From Entomortierella parvispora E1425 (lineage: Eukaryota > Fungi > Mortierellomycota), in assembly GCA_020891255.1 (NCBI GenBank), contig BQFW01000007.1, forward strand, positions 2,604,001 to 2,668,000: 64,000 bases of DNA. Direction: 5' to 3'. The notes under the pieces are model-generated. The model was not told the DNA's origin. It saw nothing but the letters and a program-made list of their open reading frames with translations, and did not search any database. Positions 23,932 to 35,957 of this stretch are shown piece after piece. Position numbers and translations under genes: made by a program. Numbering within the stretch: the stretch's first letter is position 1; every line of letters begins with the position of its first letter.

Positions 23932-24249
23932 GAGCAAGGGTATATCCTGTGCAAGGGAAAGGGAACAAAGGGAAAGAAGGAAGAAAGAACACAGCTTGCA
24001 CCCTCCCAGGGGTTGACAAAAAGGAAAGAGAAAAAGCCACCTCCATCCTATTGGTGGCGCATCATCTTTCAATTGCAAATGGCAGTTTCAAAGACCGATC
24101 ACCTTCAATGGAGGCATGGTTCATGGACATGCGAGTAATTCTCTTCTTTTTTAATAATTACATGTGGCGATGGGAATCTAAAAGATAGAGATAGTTGGCT
24201 TGACAAGGGACGACAGGCGTCATGGGTGGGTTCTTTCATTCCTTTTTTT

Positions 24250-24925
24250 TTACAACTCATCACGACCGTTGATGCGAACCAACTCGACATCAAAGACCAA
24301 CGCTGAGTTGGCGGGGATGGCAGCGCCCATGGAGCGGGAGCCATAGGCCAAGTTGGAGGGGATGGTCAACTTGCGCTGCTCTCCAATGCACATATCAACC
24401 AATCCTTGGTCCCAGCCCTTGATGACCTGACCGACACCCAAGGTGAAATCCAAGGGGCGGTTACGATCCCGGGATGAATCAAACTTGTTGCCGTTGGTGT
24501 GGAGAGTACCGGTGTAGTGCATTGAAAGCTTGTCACTATTGCACGTATCAAGAGATGAGGGGAAGAGGAAGGAAAAGCCGGTGTGAGTTACAATTGAATC
24601 TCTAAAGGATGGCGAGAGGATGTTACGCCAAAGGGGAACTTACCCAACCTTGGAGGTGGTCTTGCAGTTCTCGGGCTTACTGATGACATCTGTATTATGG
24701 AAGGAAGGGAAGATACAATGGTGTTAGAGATTGTTTGGCTACAACTTGCTGCCAACAAGTGGACATCCAGCAGACTGCCTCAACAGGTACAATGGCCAGT
24801 CCTAGACGAGTCGACGAGAACAAAGAGAAAACAGTACCGATGACGAGGTCCTTGGGGGCCTCGTAGGCGAGGACCTGGGTGGCGAGGAGAATGGCACCGG
24901 CGATGATGGTGGTGAAGGACTTCAT
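24250..24925 (-). CDS. FPR2: ER-luminal FKBP-type peptidyl-prolyl isomerase (FKBP13/FPR2)
   Basis: Signal peptide [20 protein letters not shown] and three exons. FKBP core [48 protein letters not shown]; C-terminal RDEL retention signal. Confidence 0.95.
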
Positions 24926-25579
24926 GATGAGGATAATGAGCGAGAAGGATGATGAATGAATGAAAGAAAGCGAAAAAGAGAAAAAGAGAAAAAGAGAATG
25001 AAAAAGAGAGAGGAGTGAGGTTCTGTCTGTGTGGAGCGAGGATCCCTCTGGACGAAACAGCACGGACGAGACAGAGCCGGGATGGGCGAATGGGAGTTGT
25101 CCACAGGGGTTTGTGCGATGGGAAGGGATTCAAGGGAAGAAGCACGGTCTGTACCCTTAACCAGATCGGACGGACGGATCGATGTCTTCGTTGTCGCTGG
25201 AGTCTGGACGACTGCAATGCATGCATGCCGTGGATATGTGCGTGCGTCTATTGTATCGAACGGTGTCAAATATCAGGAGAATGAGGATCGCTTTTGCTGT
25301 CAGTCGCGTTTCATGGGAGCCCTTTTTTCATTTCTTTTCTTCTTTTTCTTTTCGAGCTCCTTGAGCTTCTAGCCAGGAGGCGCCTGCACCCTCCCAAGTT
25401 CTGGTCTGAACCAGTATCCTTCGTGAATCAGAGCCGCCACTGTCACCCCCTTGCTACATCTCCCTCCTGGTACGATGTCGCAAAACACCTGGAGACCTCT
25501 TGTTCTTAAATTGCCTGTATCCTTTCTTGAATACTTTTTTGTTTTCGAACTCACTTGCCTCTCCACCTTTTACTTCACC

Positions 25580-27235
25580 ATGCGCACCTTTCCACCGGTT
25601 CTTCTCTTAGCCCTCTGCTTGACCGCTATCCAAGCTCAACAACAAAAAGATCAAGCCCATGTGGTATTAGACAACAGCACCAAGGACAAAAAGACACAGG
25701 AACCAAAGAAAAGCTCGTCCAACAGTCAAAAAGCACAACAAGATGGGCCTAAGCAAGAGCCTCTTTTGAATGAACCATCGCCTGAGGATCTGTACAAGGC
25801 TAAAGAGGCCCTGAGAGAGATGCTCGCCCAGTTCCCGGTCCAGCATGTCGAGCCCTTGGTCTCCACCATGGATGGATACTGCACTTCTTTTCACAGTCTC
25901 TGCCACGCTGTTTGTAAGGAACGTGTTACAGACGAAGAGGAGGAGGCCTTGGAGAAGGAGCAAGACAAAAAGATATTGGGTTGTTTGGATCCCACGGCGA
26001 GATCGATCGGCACTGCTGGTGCTTCTTGTCAATGTGGGGGATTTGACATGACAGACCGTATCAACTTTGCCATGTAAGTCAGCTCCCAGCGATAGGAAAG
26101 GATCATCCGCCTGATTCTTCTTTACAACCGACACTAATCTTGGACCCAATGTTTGAATAGTGTGGGTGGCATTGTCTCGTCCGAGCACACGAAAACGAGC
26201 GATTTCTTGAGCGAGGCAATCCTGGATCACTTGACCTTCCTCCCAACAATTCCCACGTTTATCAGCATCTTCAATGTCCTCCAAACCATTTGCTTCTATG
26301 TCTCGTATCTGGACATCCTCACAACCAACCCACACCCGGTTATCTGTATCAAGGAGGACGCCACCGGTGGTGTTTTGGGATCCATCACCTCACTTATCCC
26401 TGGACTGGGCGATTTCCTCAAGAACATTCCTGGTATCGGAGGACTGCTAGGTGGTCTCTTGGGTGGCGGTAAAGGTGGTGATGCGACTTCCGGACTGGGT
26501 GGGCTTTTGGGTGGGCTTTTGGGTGGACTTCTTGGTGGTGGTAAGGGTGGGGATGCGAAAGCGACCCCAGCCCCTGGCTTGGGAGACTTCTTGAGCGGAA
26601 TCTTTGGAGGTGCCAAACCCACCCCAACCCCAACGCCCACCACTGGATCTGGTGGCGGAGGTGGCATTGGTGACTTTTTGGGAGGTATTTTTGGAGGCAG
26701 CAAACCCACAACGACTTCTGGGGCTCAGACGACAACGACAGCTGCAGTGGGCGGTGGTGGTGGTGGTGGACTGTTTGGTGGTATCTTTGGAGGCGGTGGA
26801 GGCCAGAGCACGTCGACGACCAAAGCAGCCACTGGAGGGGGCGGAATCTTTGATTTTATCTTTGGTGGTGGCACTCCCAAGACGACCACAACGACGACCG
26901 CAATGACGACGACTGTTGCGACTCGTACGTCTGCTCCTACAGAGCCCACTGCAGCTTCAGGGGTCACTCCATCAAAGACAACTGTTGCTACGACCACTAC
27001 GACTCCTTCACCGACGCCAGGCCTCCTCTTTGGATTCCTCCCTCATTTTGGATGGTTTTCAGAGACGGACGAGAACGGAAATCTGGTAGACGTGGACGAC
27101 GAGGTTCAGGATCCAGCTTCGAGATTGGTCAGTCCAGATGGTCGCGTTGCTAGAATTGTGCGTGTGCAGAGGAAGCAAGCAGAGAAGCGTGCGTCTGCTG
27201 CTATCCTCAAGAACAAGGCCAAGGTCGATTTGTAG
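25580..27235 (+). CDS. Secreted protein: Cys-containing N-terminal domain, Gly/Leu/Phe amphipathic repeats and Thr-rich linkers
   Basis: Signal peptide MRTFPPVLLLALCLTAIQA. Exons 25580-26073 and 26161-27235 join in frame (NFAI-VGG). Cys pattern CxxxxxxCxxxC..GC..CQC, then repeated GLGDFLxGIFGG / GGLLGGLLGG. Confidence 0.8.
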
Positions 27236-27368
27236 ATATCCACCATTATTTTTTTTTCTGTTTATAGTCATCCACGTAGATATGGACACCCTTATCCTTG
27301 TTCTTTTTATACCGATAATAATAAATGCACAATGTCTATTTTAATATGCTAAGTTGTTTTCCAAAATC

Positions 27369-29589
27369 TCAAACAGCATCGATGCGCTTGGTATAGTAGT
27401 TGTAAAACATTAAAAAGAACAAGACGACGCCAGCGCCCAAGTACATGGAAGAGTTGTATCCGATCATGGCCTTGTAATCCCCCGCGCTCTCAAAGATCCG
27501 TCCTGCAATCGGCAACGTGAACAGGTTTCCGGGGGTATTCGTCAAGAAGATGACTGTCAACCCAGAGCCCAGATTCGACAGACCCACAATGTTGGCAGTG
27601 ATGGAAGCGACCAAGGTGAAGAAGGCGCCCGAAAAGAAACCATAGACGACCGAGAACGCAGTCAAGGTGCCATGGGAGTGGGCAAACATCCAGATAAAAC
27701 AACTGGCTCCTGCTGCAAGGAAGGAGACAGCCGCCACTCGGATCGCGCCCAGGCGATCACCTGCAAAACCAATGACGATACGACCCACAGCATTGGCGCC
27801 CGACATGATGGCGAGCAATTGACCACCCTGCACGTTGGGATCGAGGCCGAGGACATCTTTGGCGTAGGAAGGCACGTAGGTGAAAGGGACCACATATGCA
27901 AATCCAAAGAGGGTCGCGGCCAAGAACCAAAGCATGAAACCGGGATCCTTCATGATGGCCCAGTTCATCACGTCCTTCTTAGCCTCCACGGGTGGACCAG
28001 CCAGCTGTCGAGGGGCTCTCATGACGATGGCGGCAAAGGCTGTGCACACGAAATGGAAGATGGCAAAGATGCGGAGAGTCCAGTAGATATCCACAGCATT
28101 GATCAAAGCGGGAATGATGAATCCAAGGGCGAGACCTCCAATACCGGCACCACAGAAACAGATGCCCATGGCCAATCCACGGTGCTTGTCATACCAAAGA
28201 GGAGGAATGGCAGTAGCGGCCAAGTTCAACAAGGATGCTCCGATACCAAACATGATGCCCTATTTTTTTTTTTTCATGGAAAAAAAGAGAATAAAAGTTA
28301 GACAACTGTGTCAGATTCCTTCGGACCAAAATGCGGGGAACGATAAAGTTTCGAGGGTGGGGAAGGCACATCCATGTGTGGAAGCGAGTTATATAAGCGC
28401 ATGTACCTGGGTGATGTAGAGCTGGTAGAGTTCAGTGCACCAGGAGGCACAGAGCAAACCCAAGGATCCAATGATGCATCCAGACCAAAGAATGACCTTG
28501 TGTCCAAACCTGTTCATCACAGGTCCTGCAATGATGGTGAATCCAAACTGGAAACCGCACGCCAACGATCCCACAAAGGAGATGTTGGACTGGGACTCGC
28601 CCCTGGCACCATAGATGTCACTGTATTTCGCCTGGAAGATACCGTACACAGACACGTATCCGATGGCGGCCAGAATGATCTAATGAGCGTTTTGTTCGTT
28701 GTTGTGATTTAGAGAGTAGACTGTTAGAGAACTGTCATTGACATAGGAGACCGCTCGTTCTGTCATAATGTTCCAAAAGATGAAAAAGATCTAGACTAGG
28801 AGTATCCGCGCAGTTGTAAAAAAAAGGGAGCTCAGTCTGGGCATGCACCCAGCACCACAGAGAGACCAGACGGATAAAAACGTGGAAATGAATAGGAGAA
28901 TAAAAAAATTCAATGTCCATCACTTCTACCGATTGCATAGCACAGGAATACCCTTTTATCTCGCTTTCTCTGTCGGCCCGCTAGTTTGCCAGCAGGTCCC
29001 CCCCCCCTCTCGGGATGACGGCTCAAGAAAGAAGGGGCACAGGGGCCGACCATGCGGGGCAAAGAAAAACAAATACCGCTAGCCGATGAGTGGTCTAGAA
29101 ATCTGGGGTGGTGGGCTGGGAAGGAATCTGAGTCTCACTTGCGAGTGCCCTTGTCCTTGATAACAACAAAAAAGGAACAACAACGAGGGGAAAGAAGTTG
29201 GGGAAGAAATACTCCGAGAACGGTCGAGTGAGTAATTAACTGCACTAATAACGACCACTGTGCATATCAACCGATCGTCGATCTGTGCATCGAAAAGACC
29301 AACCAGGGGTTTGCAGATCACAAAACGTGGGAGAGAAAAGGGAAACAAATGAAGCCCGATTGGTTACACAGAGTAGAATACTTACCAAAAAACCTCCAAA
29401 GACGACCAAGTAACCACGCGCACCCGACTCCATGACCACTCCCTCATCAAACGTGGCATTGACGGATTGAGTTCTAGTCAAGGCGTTTCCGCCATAGTGC
29501 TCGTTCTTGGCAAGGACGACACCATTGTTGATCGTCGCAGTGTCAAAAGAGGACCGCCGGGATGCAATTGAGTGACGACGATGATATGG

Positions 29590-29668
<79 letters not shown>

Positions 29669-29811
29669 GGCTGTTGGTGCTGAGAAGAATGGAGAGAAGG
29701 GTCTGCAGAGGGTTTATCGAGGGCGGTGGAAGCGTTGCTGATACTGGAGAGGGTTGCAATGGACCCTTCCTCGGACGCCCTTCTGGCGAACGGATTGGTG
29801 AGCTTTGTCAT
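27369..29811 (-). CDS. MFS monocarboxylate-transporter family (MCH/MCT) protein with N-terminal poly-Q
   Basis: ATG 29811, exon 1 to 29388 (ESGARGYLVVFGGFL), then exons near 28680-28405 and 28260-27369. MCT motifs GPVMNRFGHK, YDKHRGLAMGI..GAGIGG, GRIVIGFAGDRLG and YGFFSG. Confidence 0.92.
29589..29668 (-). repeat. Pure (CAA)~26 microsatellite encoding poly-Q
   Basis: Uninterrupted GTT run on the + strand inside MFS exon 1. Confidence 0.95.
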
Positions 29812-30047
29812 GTTCTTTGTGTACGTGAGTGTATGTAAGCGTATCGACAGATGAGTTGAATGCAAGGAGAAGGAAGAGAAGGTAGGGTATATGGGTGACA
29901 GGAGGCGATTCAGGGAAGGAGCAAGGATGAAAAACGGAAGAGAGAACGCAAAGAAGCAAAAAAAAAGGCCGGAAGAACCCTTCGGTCTCACATCATAGGA
30001 ATAGTTGGTGGCGTGATTTAAGGGGTCCATATAATCACTATGATTAA

Positions 30048-30057
30048 GTCACGTGAC
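30048..30057. promoter_or_regulatory. Palindromic GTCACGTGAC, a bHLH E-box of Cbf1/CLEAR type, ~240 bp upstream of the MFS start
   Basis: Perfect 10-bp palindrome seen in the sequence. Function is inferred only from the motif and its position. Confidence 0.3.
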
Positions 30058-31191
30058 CAGTCGAGCTTGGTCTTGGGTTGGCTCTTTTCAGCGCGTCCAT
30101 GCACGATGCCAACAGGTACCCTCATGAACAGCTGGACCACTCTTTCGGACGACACGTGGAATGGCGTGCTTCAGGGTTAAGGAAAAGCGCCGAACAATGG
30201 CTTTGATGGAGATGAGATGGGCGCTCTTGGACTTCTCGCCACAAGCAAACGTTGCAAAAGAGCATCGGGAGATACAGATGCTGCGAGCAGGTAAAGGTCG
30301 TTCAAGGGACCAAAATGACGGACAGTCTATCTACTGTGCAAGCTTGAAGTTCAATACCAAGCTACAAGAAAATAAGAATACGAAAAAACGCGGAGATGCT
30401 CTGCCATCTCGTTAAATGGTTCCTGCAAAAAATGAAGGAAAACAAGAAAAGAGCCTCCTGATATCTCCAGGGCAAATCGGAACCAGCGAGCGGCATGGTT
30501 CAACGACTCTTATTCCAGTATTCTCCTTCCTCGCATCAGTGGCCCAGGAGAGTTCTTTTAGGAAGGGTTCTGGTTTGCCACCGAAACACATTCCTATTCA
30601 TGGATTTTGACAATGTATGTTTTCTGGTCTGTCATCATATGACTCCTTCTCTTTCTAAACTTTTTTTTTCTTCTCTTCTAATATTTTGATATGGCCTTAT
30701 AGAGAGAGCTGCATGACGAGCGGGTCCATCACAGACACGGTACACTTGGGATCGACACGAATGAACACATAGTTATCGTGTGTGGAGTAAAAGGGACCAA
30801 CAACGGGGCTTTTTGATCCTGTTTCCCACACGTCGATGAACCGCGGCGGCAAAAAGAAGATTTGTACTGTTCCAACACTCGCGACCCGTATCCTACAGCA
30901 AAACGGGATGGCATCAGGGCTGGCATCCTATTTCCAGTAAAAATCTTGTACAGCTCGACGGACCCAAGTCTTTTTCGTTTTGCTCCAACTCTTTCATTTT
31001 TGTTTCTTGCCCTCGAAGACAAGAGATCGTCCATAACCCCGTTTGCATGCACCATACATATCACCATTGAAACTCACCACCTACCTTGATTGTTTCCTTT
31101 CCAGCAAACCAAACATCCTTCCCATCCATTGCCGTCTCCGGACTCTTCTACTTTGCATCACACATACATTCGCACCACCACCCTTCCAGCG

Positions 31192-34100
31192 ATGAGTAAG
31201 CCTAGGGTGACTCGCAAGGGTCTTCTTTCAACGATCGTCGCCGGTGTTCTTCTCTGCTCCATTATCCCTTCATTTTCACCCATAGTGCTCGCAGCACCCC
31301 TCAACCCCATCGACACCGTCACAGCTGCCTCGGCATCAAAGAGTTCGCAGGACGTTCTCTCTTCTCACAACATCATTCGATCTATTGGCTTTCGCGACTG
31401 TGCCACTGACCCTTTGACCAACAACATTAAACTCTCACATCTGGCCCTTCTCTACGATGCCGAGTCCAACACCATCTCCCTGAAAGTAGACGGCACTGCG
31501 GACAAAGAATTTGATGCAGGCACAGGTACAAAAAAAAAAAGAAAAAAAAGAAAAGAGGGTTAGCATTTGAAATTATCTTGATCGTGTCACTGACGCGCTT
31601 CCATCGCCATCGCTTCTCTAGCCCAAATCCTCTTGACAGCGTACGACCGCGTTGTTTACGATGAATCTGTTGACATGGCGAAAGTGGCACTCTTCATCCC
31701 CAGGTAAGAAATATCAACTCTGGTGATTCCCCATTCATCCCTACCCAGCGCCATCTAAAATCAAACAAACAAAACAAAAAAAAATCGCTCTGACAAAAAA
31801 AGTTCCATGTTTCTCGGATCCCTCCTTCCTGCTCAAACATCAGGTTCAAGGGCAAATTCTCATTCCAACAAACATTTTCAGCCCCAACTCTTTTACCAAC
31901 AACCCTCTCCAGCCAACTTTTTTCCTTCCCCGCGGTCGAGGCGCTGGCCATGATCAAACTCCTTGACCTCCAGGGATCCACCCTCCTCTGTGCCTCGGTC
32001 CCCCTCACCAACACTGTCAGCGCACACTCGCCCGTCATCACTATCGCCTCTGTTTCACTCACAGCAGCCACAATCGCTTTGACGGCCGTCACCAGCCTGG
32101 TGGCCTCCTTCTCTTCTGCAGCCCTTTTAACATCAATGCCCTTGGCAGCCAACGCGGGCGGAGGTCCTGCCGCCGGCGCGAACGGATTATCGCCTTCGGT
32201 TTGGGATGTTGTTTCGTTCTGTCAGTTTATTGCAATATCCGGTTCGCTGAACTTGGACTATCCTGAACTGCTACAGCAATGGACTCAAAACTTTGGCTGG
32301 AGTATGGGACTCGTCCAAGCTGAGGGCTGGAACAAAGTAATTGAAGGATTAAGGGCCAGCACTCGGAAGACCCTTGGCGACTCTTCAGAGACGAATGAAA
32401 ACAACCAAGAAGAGGATATGACCCCTGTTGCAAAACAAAGCTTTACCTTGGTGCCCAATGAAACCAGCCTTGGTGGCGGTAGTGGGGATAGGATACTGGT
32501 GAGCGAGTCGATTGGAGGCGCATCGACCCACCATTTGGCGGGAGGGTCCACAACAACGGCCCTCTCCATGGATTCCATGGTCGACGGGGCCGTCAAATCG
32601 TTTGTGGAACAACAACGTGCAGCTGGCATTAGCAATCCACAAAACCAGACAGAAGAGCAGATGCTGGCCATGGCCAAAAAGATGGAACCCGCCAAACTCT
32701 TGTCAATCCTCAGCAAACATGATGTCTATCACAGCACCATCACAAGAAGACAAGACCCGGCACCCCCAGTCGCCGCTCCGTCAGTGCCTGCTTCAATCTC
32801 TCGACAGCCTCTCTCTGGGGATGGCGTGCTCCCTTCAGATCAGGACATGTCCCTGATGCATCGTTTGGGAGAACTTGCCAAACTCCCTGCATCCGAGAAA
32901 TCACCAACTCTAACGCCGCCTCCATCCTCCCCAGATGCCAGCCCATCCGCTCCTCCCGCTTGGCCTCAAGGAAACTACCACCAAACGACAGAACCTCTAT
33001 CACCTCATGGTGGATTGGCATCGTTTGGTCAACGGCTCAATATCCCGGCACAAAACCTGTTCATGACCTCTCTGATACTCTTTTGCCTCCTTCTTCTCTC
33101 TGCTTCGATCCTCGCGCTCGTGCTCCGGCTGGGTCTCGAGGGCTACGCGACCTATTACCGACCAGGCAAGTTTACAAAGTTGCGTCGTCGTTTCAGCTCG
33201 TACTACTTTGGCAACATGCTCCGGGTGGTCCTCCTGGCCTACTTTGCTGTAGCGACCATGGCCTTTTACCAACTCACAAGACAGGACAGTTGGGTAATCC
33301 AAACCCTAGCAGGAATGACTTTGCTGGGATTCGTGATCCTGGCGACCTGGGTGACGCTACGATTGCGACGAGCAGGAGGAACCAGCTTGTTCTTTGATGA
33401 AAGACTCAAGGCCAGATATGGGGTCTTGTACGATCAGTATGTCGTCTCGGCGTATTGGTTCTTTATACCAGTCCTTGCCTACCAGGTCTTGAAGGCAGCC
33501 ATCGTGGGACTGGGACAAGGTTCCCCATCTGCATCCACCAGCTCTCAGGAGAGTGATTCTTGGGCGCAAACCAGCCTTTTACTGCTGGTGGAAGTGGCGT
33601 TTGCGGCCTCGGTGATATGGAAGCACCCTTTTTCAAACAAAACCCCCAATCGACTGAATGCTGCTTTAGGCTGTGTCCGGGTCCTGAACGTGATCCTGTT
33701 GGCGGTGTTGATTCAAGGTACAGGCAAGATTTCAATGGTGTCCAAGACGGTCATTGGTGTCCTGATTACTGCGATGCAGGTGGTCATGATACTGGTGCTG
33801 GCAACGTTGGTGGGCGTTCAGCTCTCCAAGGCCCTCTGGGGATTGTACAAGGCTGTCAAGGCGAGCCGAGAGAACAAACCCGAGAAGGAGAAACACGAGT
33901 CTTTGATCGCGTCTCTCAAGCATCGCAAGTCAAAGAAAGAAAAGAATGGATTAGAAAACGGCGATGACGATAGCGAGGACGAGTATGGCATCAAGAAAGG
34001 CAGGAGAGCCGGTGAACATGAAAGAGGAGGGGAGAAGAGCATGGCAAGTCTTGTTGGTATGATGGGCATCGGGTCCAATCCTACGATTCGTTGCACCCCT

Positions 34101-35846
34101 GCCAGTGATGATGAGGATAGCGAGGATGATATCGAAGACGAAGACGAGTGGAACCGCGATCGACAGTCTTTGACCCACTCCAAGAGATCATCGCTTGAAA
34201 GTCGGTCCTCGATTCGAGATTCGATGCAGAGCGGCGATAGCAATTCGTCTCGTATTCTGGACTACTACCACCCTGCCTACCTATCTAGCAGCCCTCGGGC
34301 CAGCCAGGGATCCAAGGAAGAGTATGATCCTTACAATGACCATGCAGAGGTCCCTGCCTCTCAAGCATACTCGAACAGGCTTTCAATCCCTATATCAGAA
34401 TCGACTCCTACAGTGCTCTCGGACATTTGGGTCCAAGCCCAGTACATGACGCGCCGACACAGTGAGTCCAATGCCCTGGATAACACAATGCCCTCTGTCA
34501 ACGACAAGGGTCTTCGCCATCACCATTCTTCTCCTCACTCCCTCCTGCAGTTCCAGCAAGACCAGGAACGACGTCGTCCACACTCGGTGATATCTCAGGT
34601 CCGTAGAAGCGTTCTGGAGCCCGCCACCTTTGTGGCTCCAGCTCTTCACAGTCCAGACTTCAACCAGGTCGGTGGATCCTCTTCAGCAAGATCCGAGCGA
34701 CGCGGGTCGGGTCAAAGCTATCGAAGCTATCGAACGCTGCAACGGGATTCGATGCCATTCTTTCAAAGCACGCTCCTCCCAGCGACTCTGATGGCAGGCC
34801 CGCCTCCGCCCTCGATCATGCAACCCAGAAGATCCTCGGTTTCATCTGCCACCCTTACGACGCCACCGTCGTTCTCTCCTGTGCTGAGGATGGGGGACGC
34901 AAAGTTTGGGCCAAGGAGATCCGATTCGGTGCAATCGGTAGCCATGTTTTCCCCCACACAAGTTTGTTCCTCTTTCGGAAACTCACCTTCTCAACAGCAA
35001 GCAGAATCCATCGTGAGCGCATCCCCCGACAGCAGCCAAAGTGGATCGCCCCTCCCAGTCATCCCAGTTCGATCTTCCTCCGTTTCCAGTCTGCGCAACA
35101 ACTTTTCGCAATACCGTTTCCCAGATGAAGGTCCAATGTCCATCCCTACCGAGCCGCCTGTTGTGGAGGCATCAAGGGCGGGATCCGCAACGCCTTCTAG
35201 AAGAACGGTTGCGGATGTTCAAAGGACCATCCACCCTTTGTCACCTTTCCATCCTGATTACCAGCACCCGGACGACCTTTACAAACCTTCCAAACCGTCC
35301 CCAAATGAAATGGGACCGACTGGCTATTTTCCCCCCAACACGATCCAAGACGGATCCATGGAGGCTAAACGCGACCATCGCGCTCAAGCCATAGCCCCAC
35401 CTGCATCTACAAAAGGCCCTGCGACACCGTCGGCCCTATCCTCGAAACGCCTGCCACCCAAGCTGAGGATCGATACCCGACGTCCAGAAGTCGCTCCGCC
35501 GCCTCAGATTCCAATGCCGATCTTGCCACCCACGCCCCTCTCGACAAGTCTCTTCCTGCCCGTCGCCTCTGACCAGACCAGGACAACCGTCCAGTCACAA
35601 GAGGGCATGCCTTCAAAAAAGGACAAATCACTCCCAGCAGAGATCAACTCGACCACCGTGACTTTGGCCACGCCACAGTCCTCGAATCTAGTGCAGTGCT
35701 CACTTTTGACCGCGGCAGAGAATAGTCGTGCAGGGGCAGCATCTGCCAAGGGCTTCTCGCCTCCAGCTCGACAGCGTGCCTTGACCGCGACTCCATTGTC
35801 TTCGCCAGGCCGCCCCTTGACAGTCAGCAAGAGTCATAGATCGTAA
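31192..35846 (+). CDS. TRP-like channel / flavin carrier family (FLC/Pkd2-like; TRP_N + TRP domains) with long disordered C-tail
   Basis: Signal/TM N-terminus and ML-like TRP_N exon (GFRDC..LSHLALLYD). SVWDVVSFCQFIAISGSLNLDYPELLQQWTQNFGWSMGL, QNLFMTSL, FFDERLKARYGVLYDQY..YWFF, multiple TM helices. Confidence 0.9.
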
Positions 35847-35957
35847 TATTTACGAGAAATGTATTTATGTAGTTCCCGAGATTATTGAATATACCCAATC
35901 CAACTCCCGAGAAGTCGTAGCGCATGATGGCAATCCTGCATTTTTATTATTTTAATT

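Noticed and set aside
30100-31090. Short ORFs between the MFS and TRP genes
   Set aside because: No domain signal or consistent splice structure; treated as intergenic.
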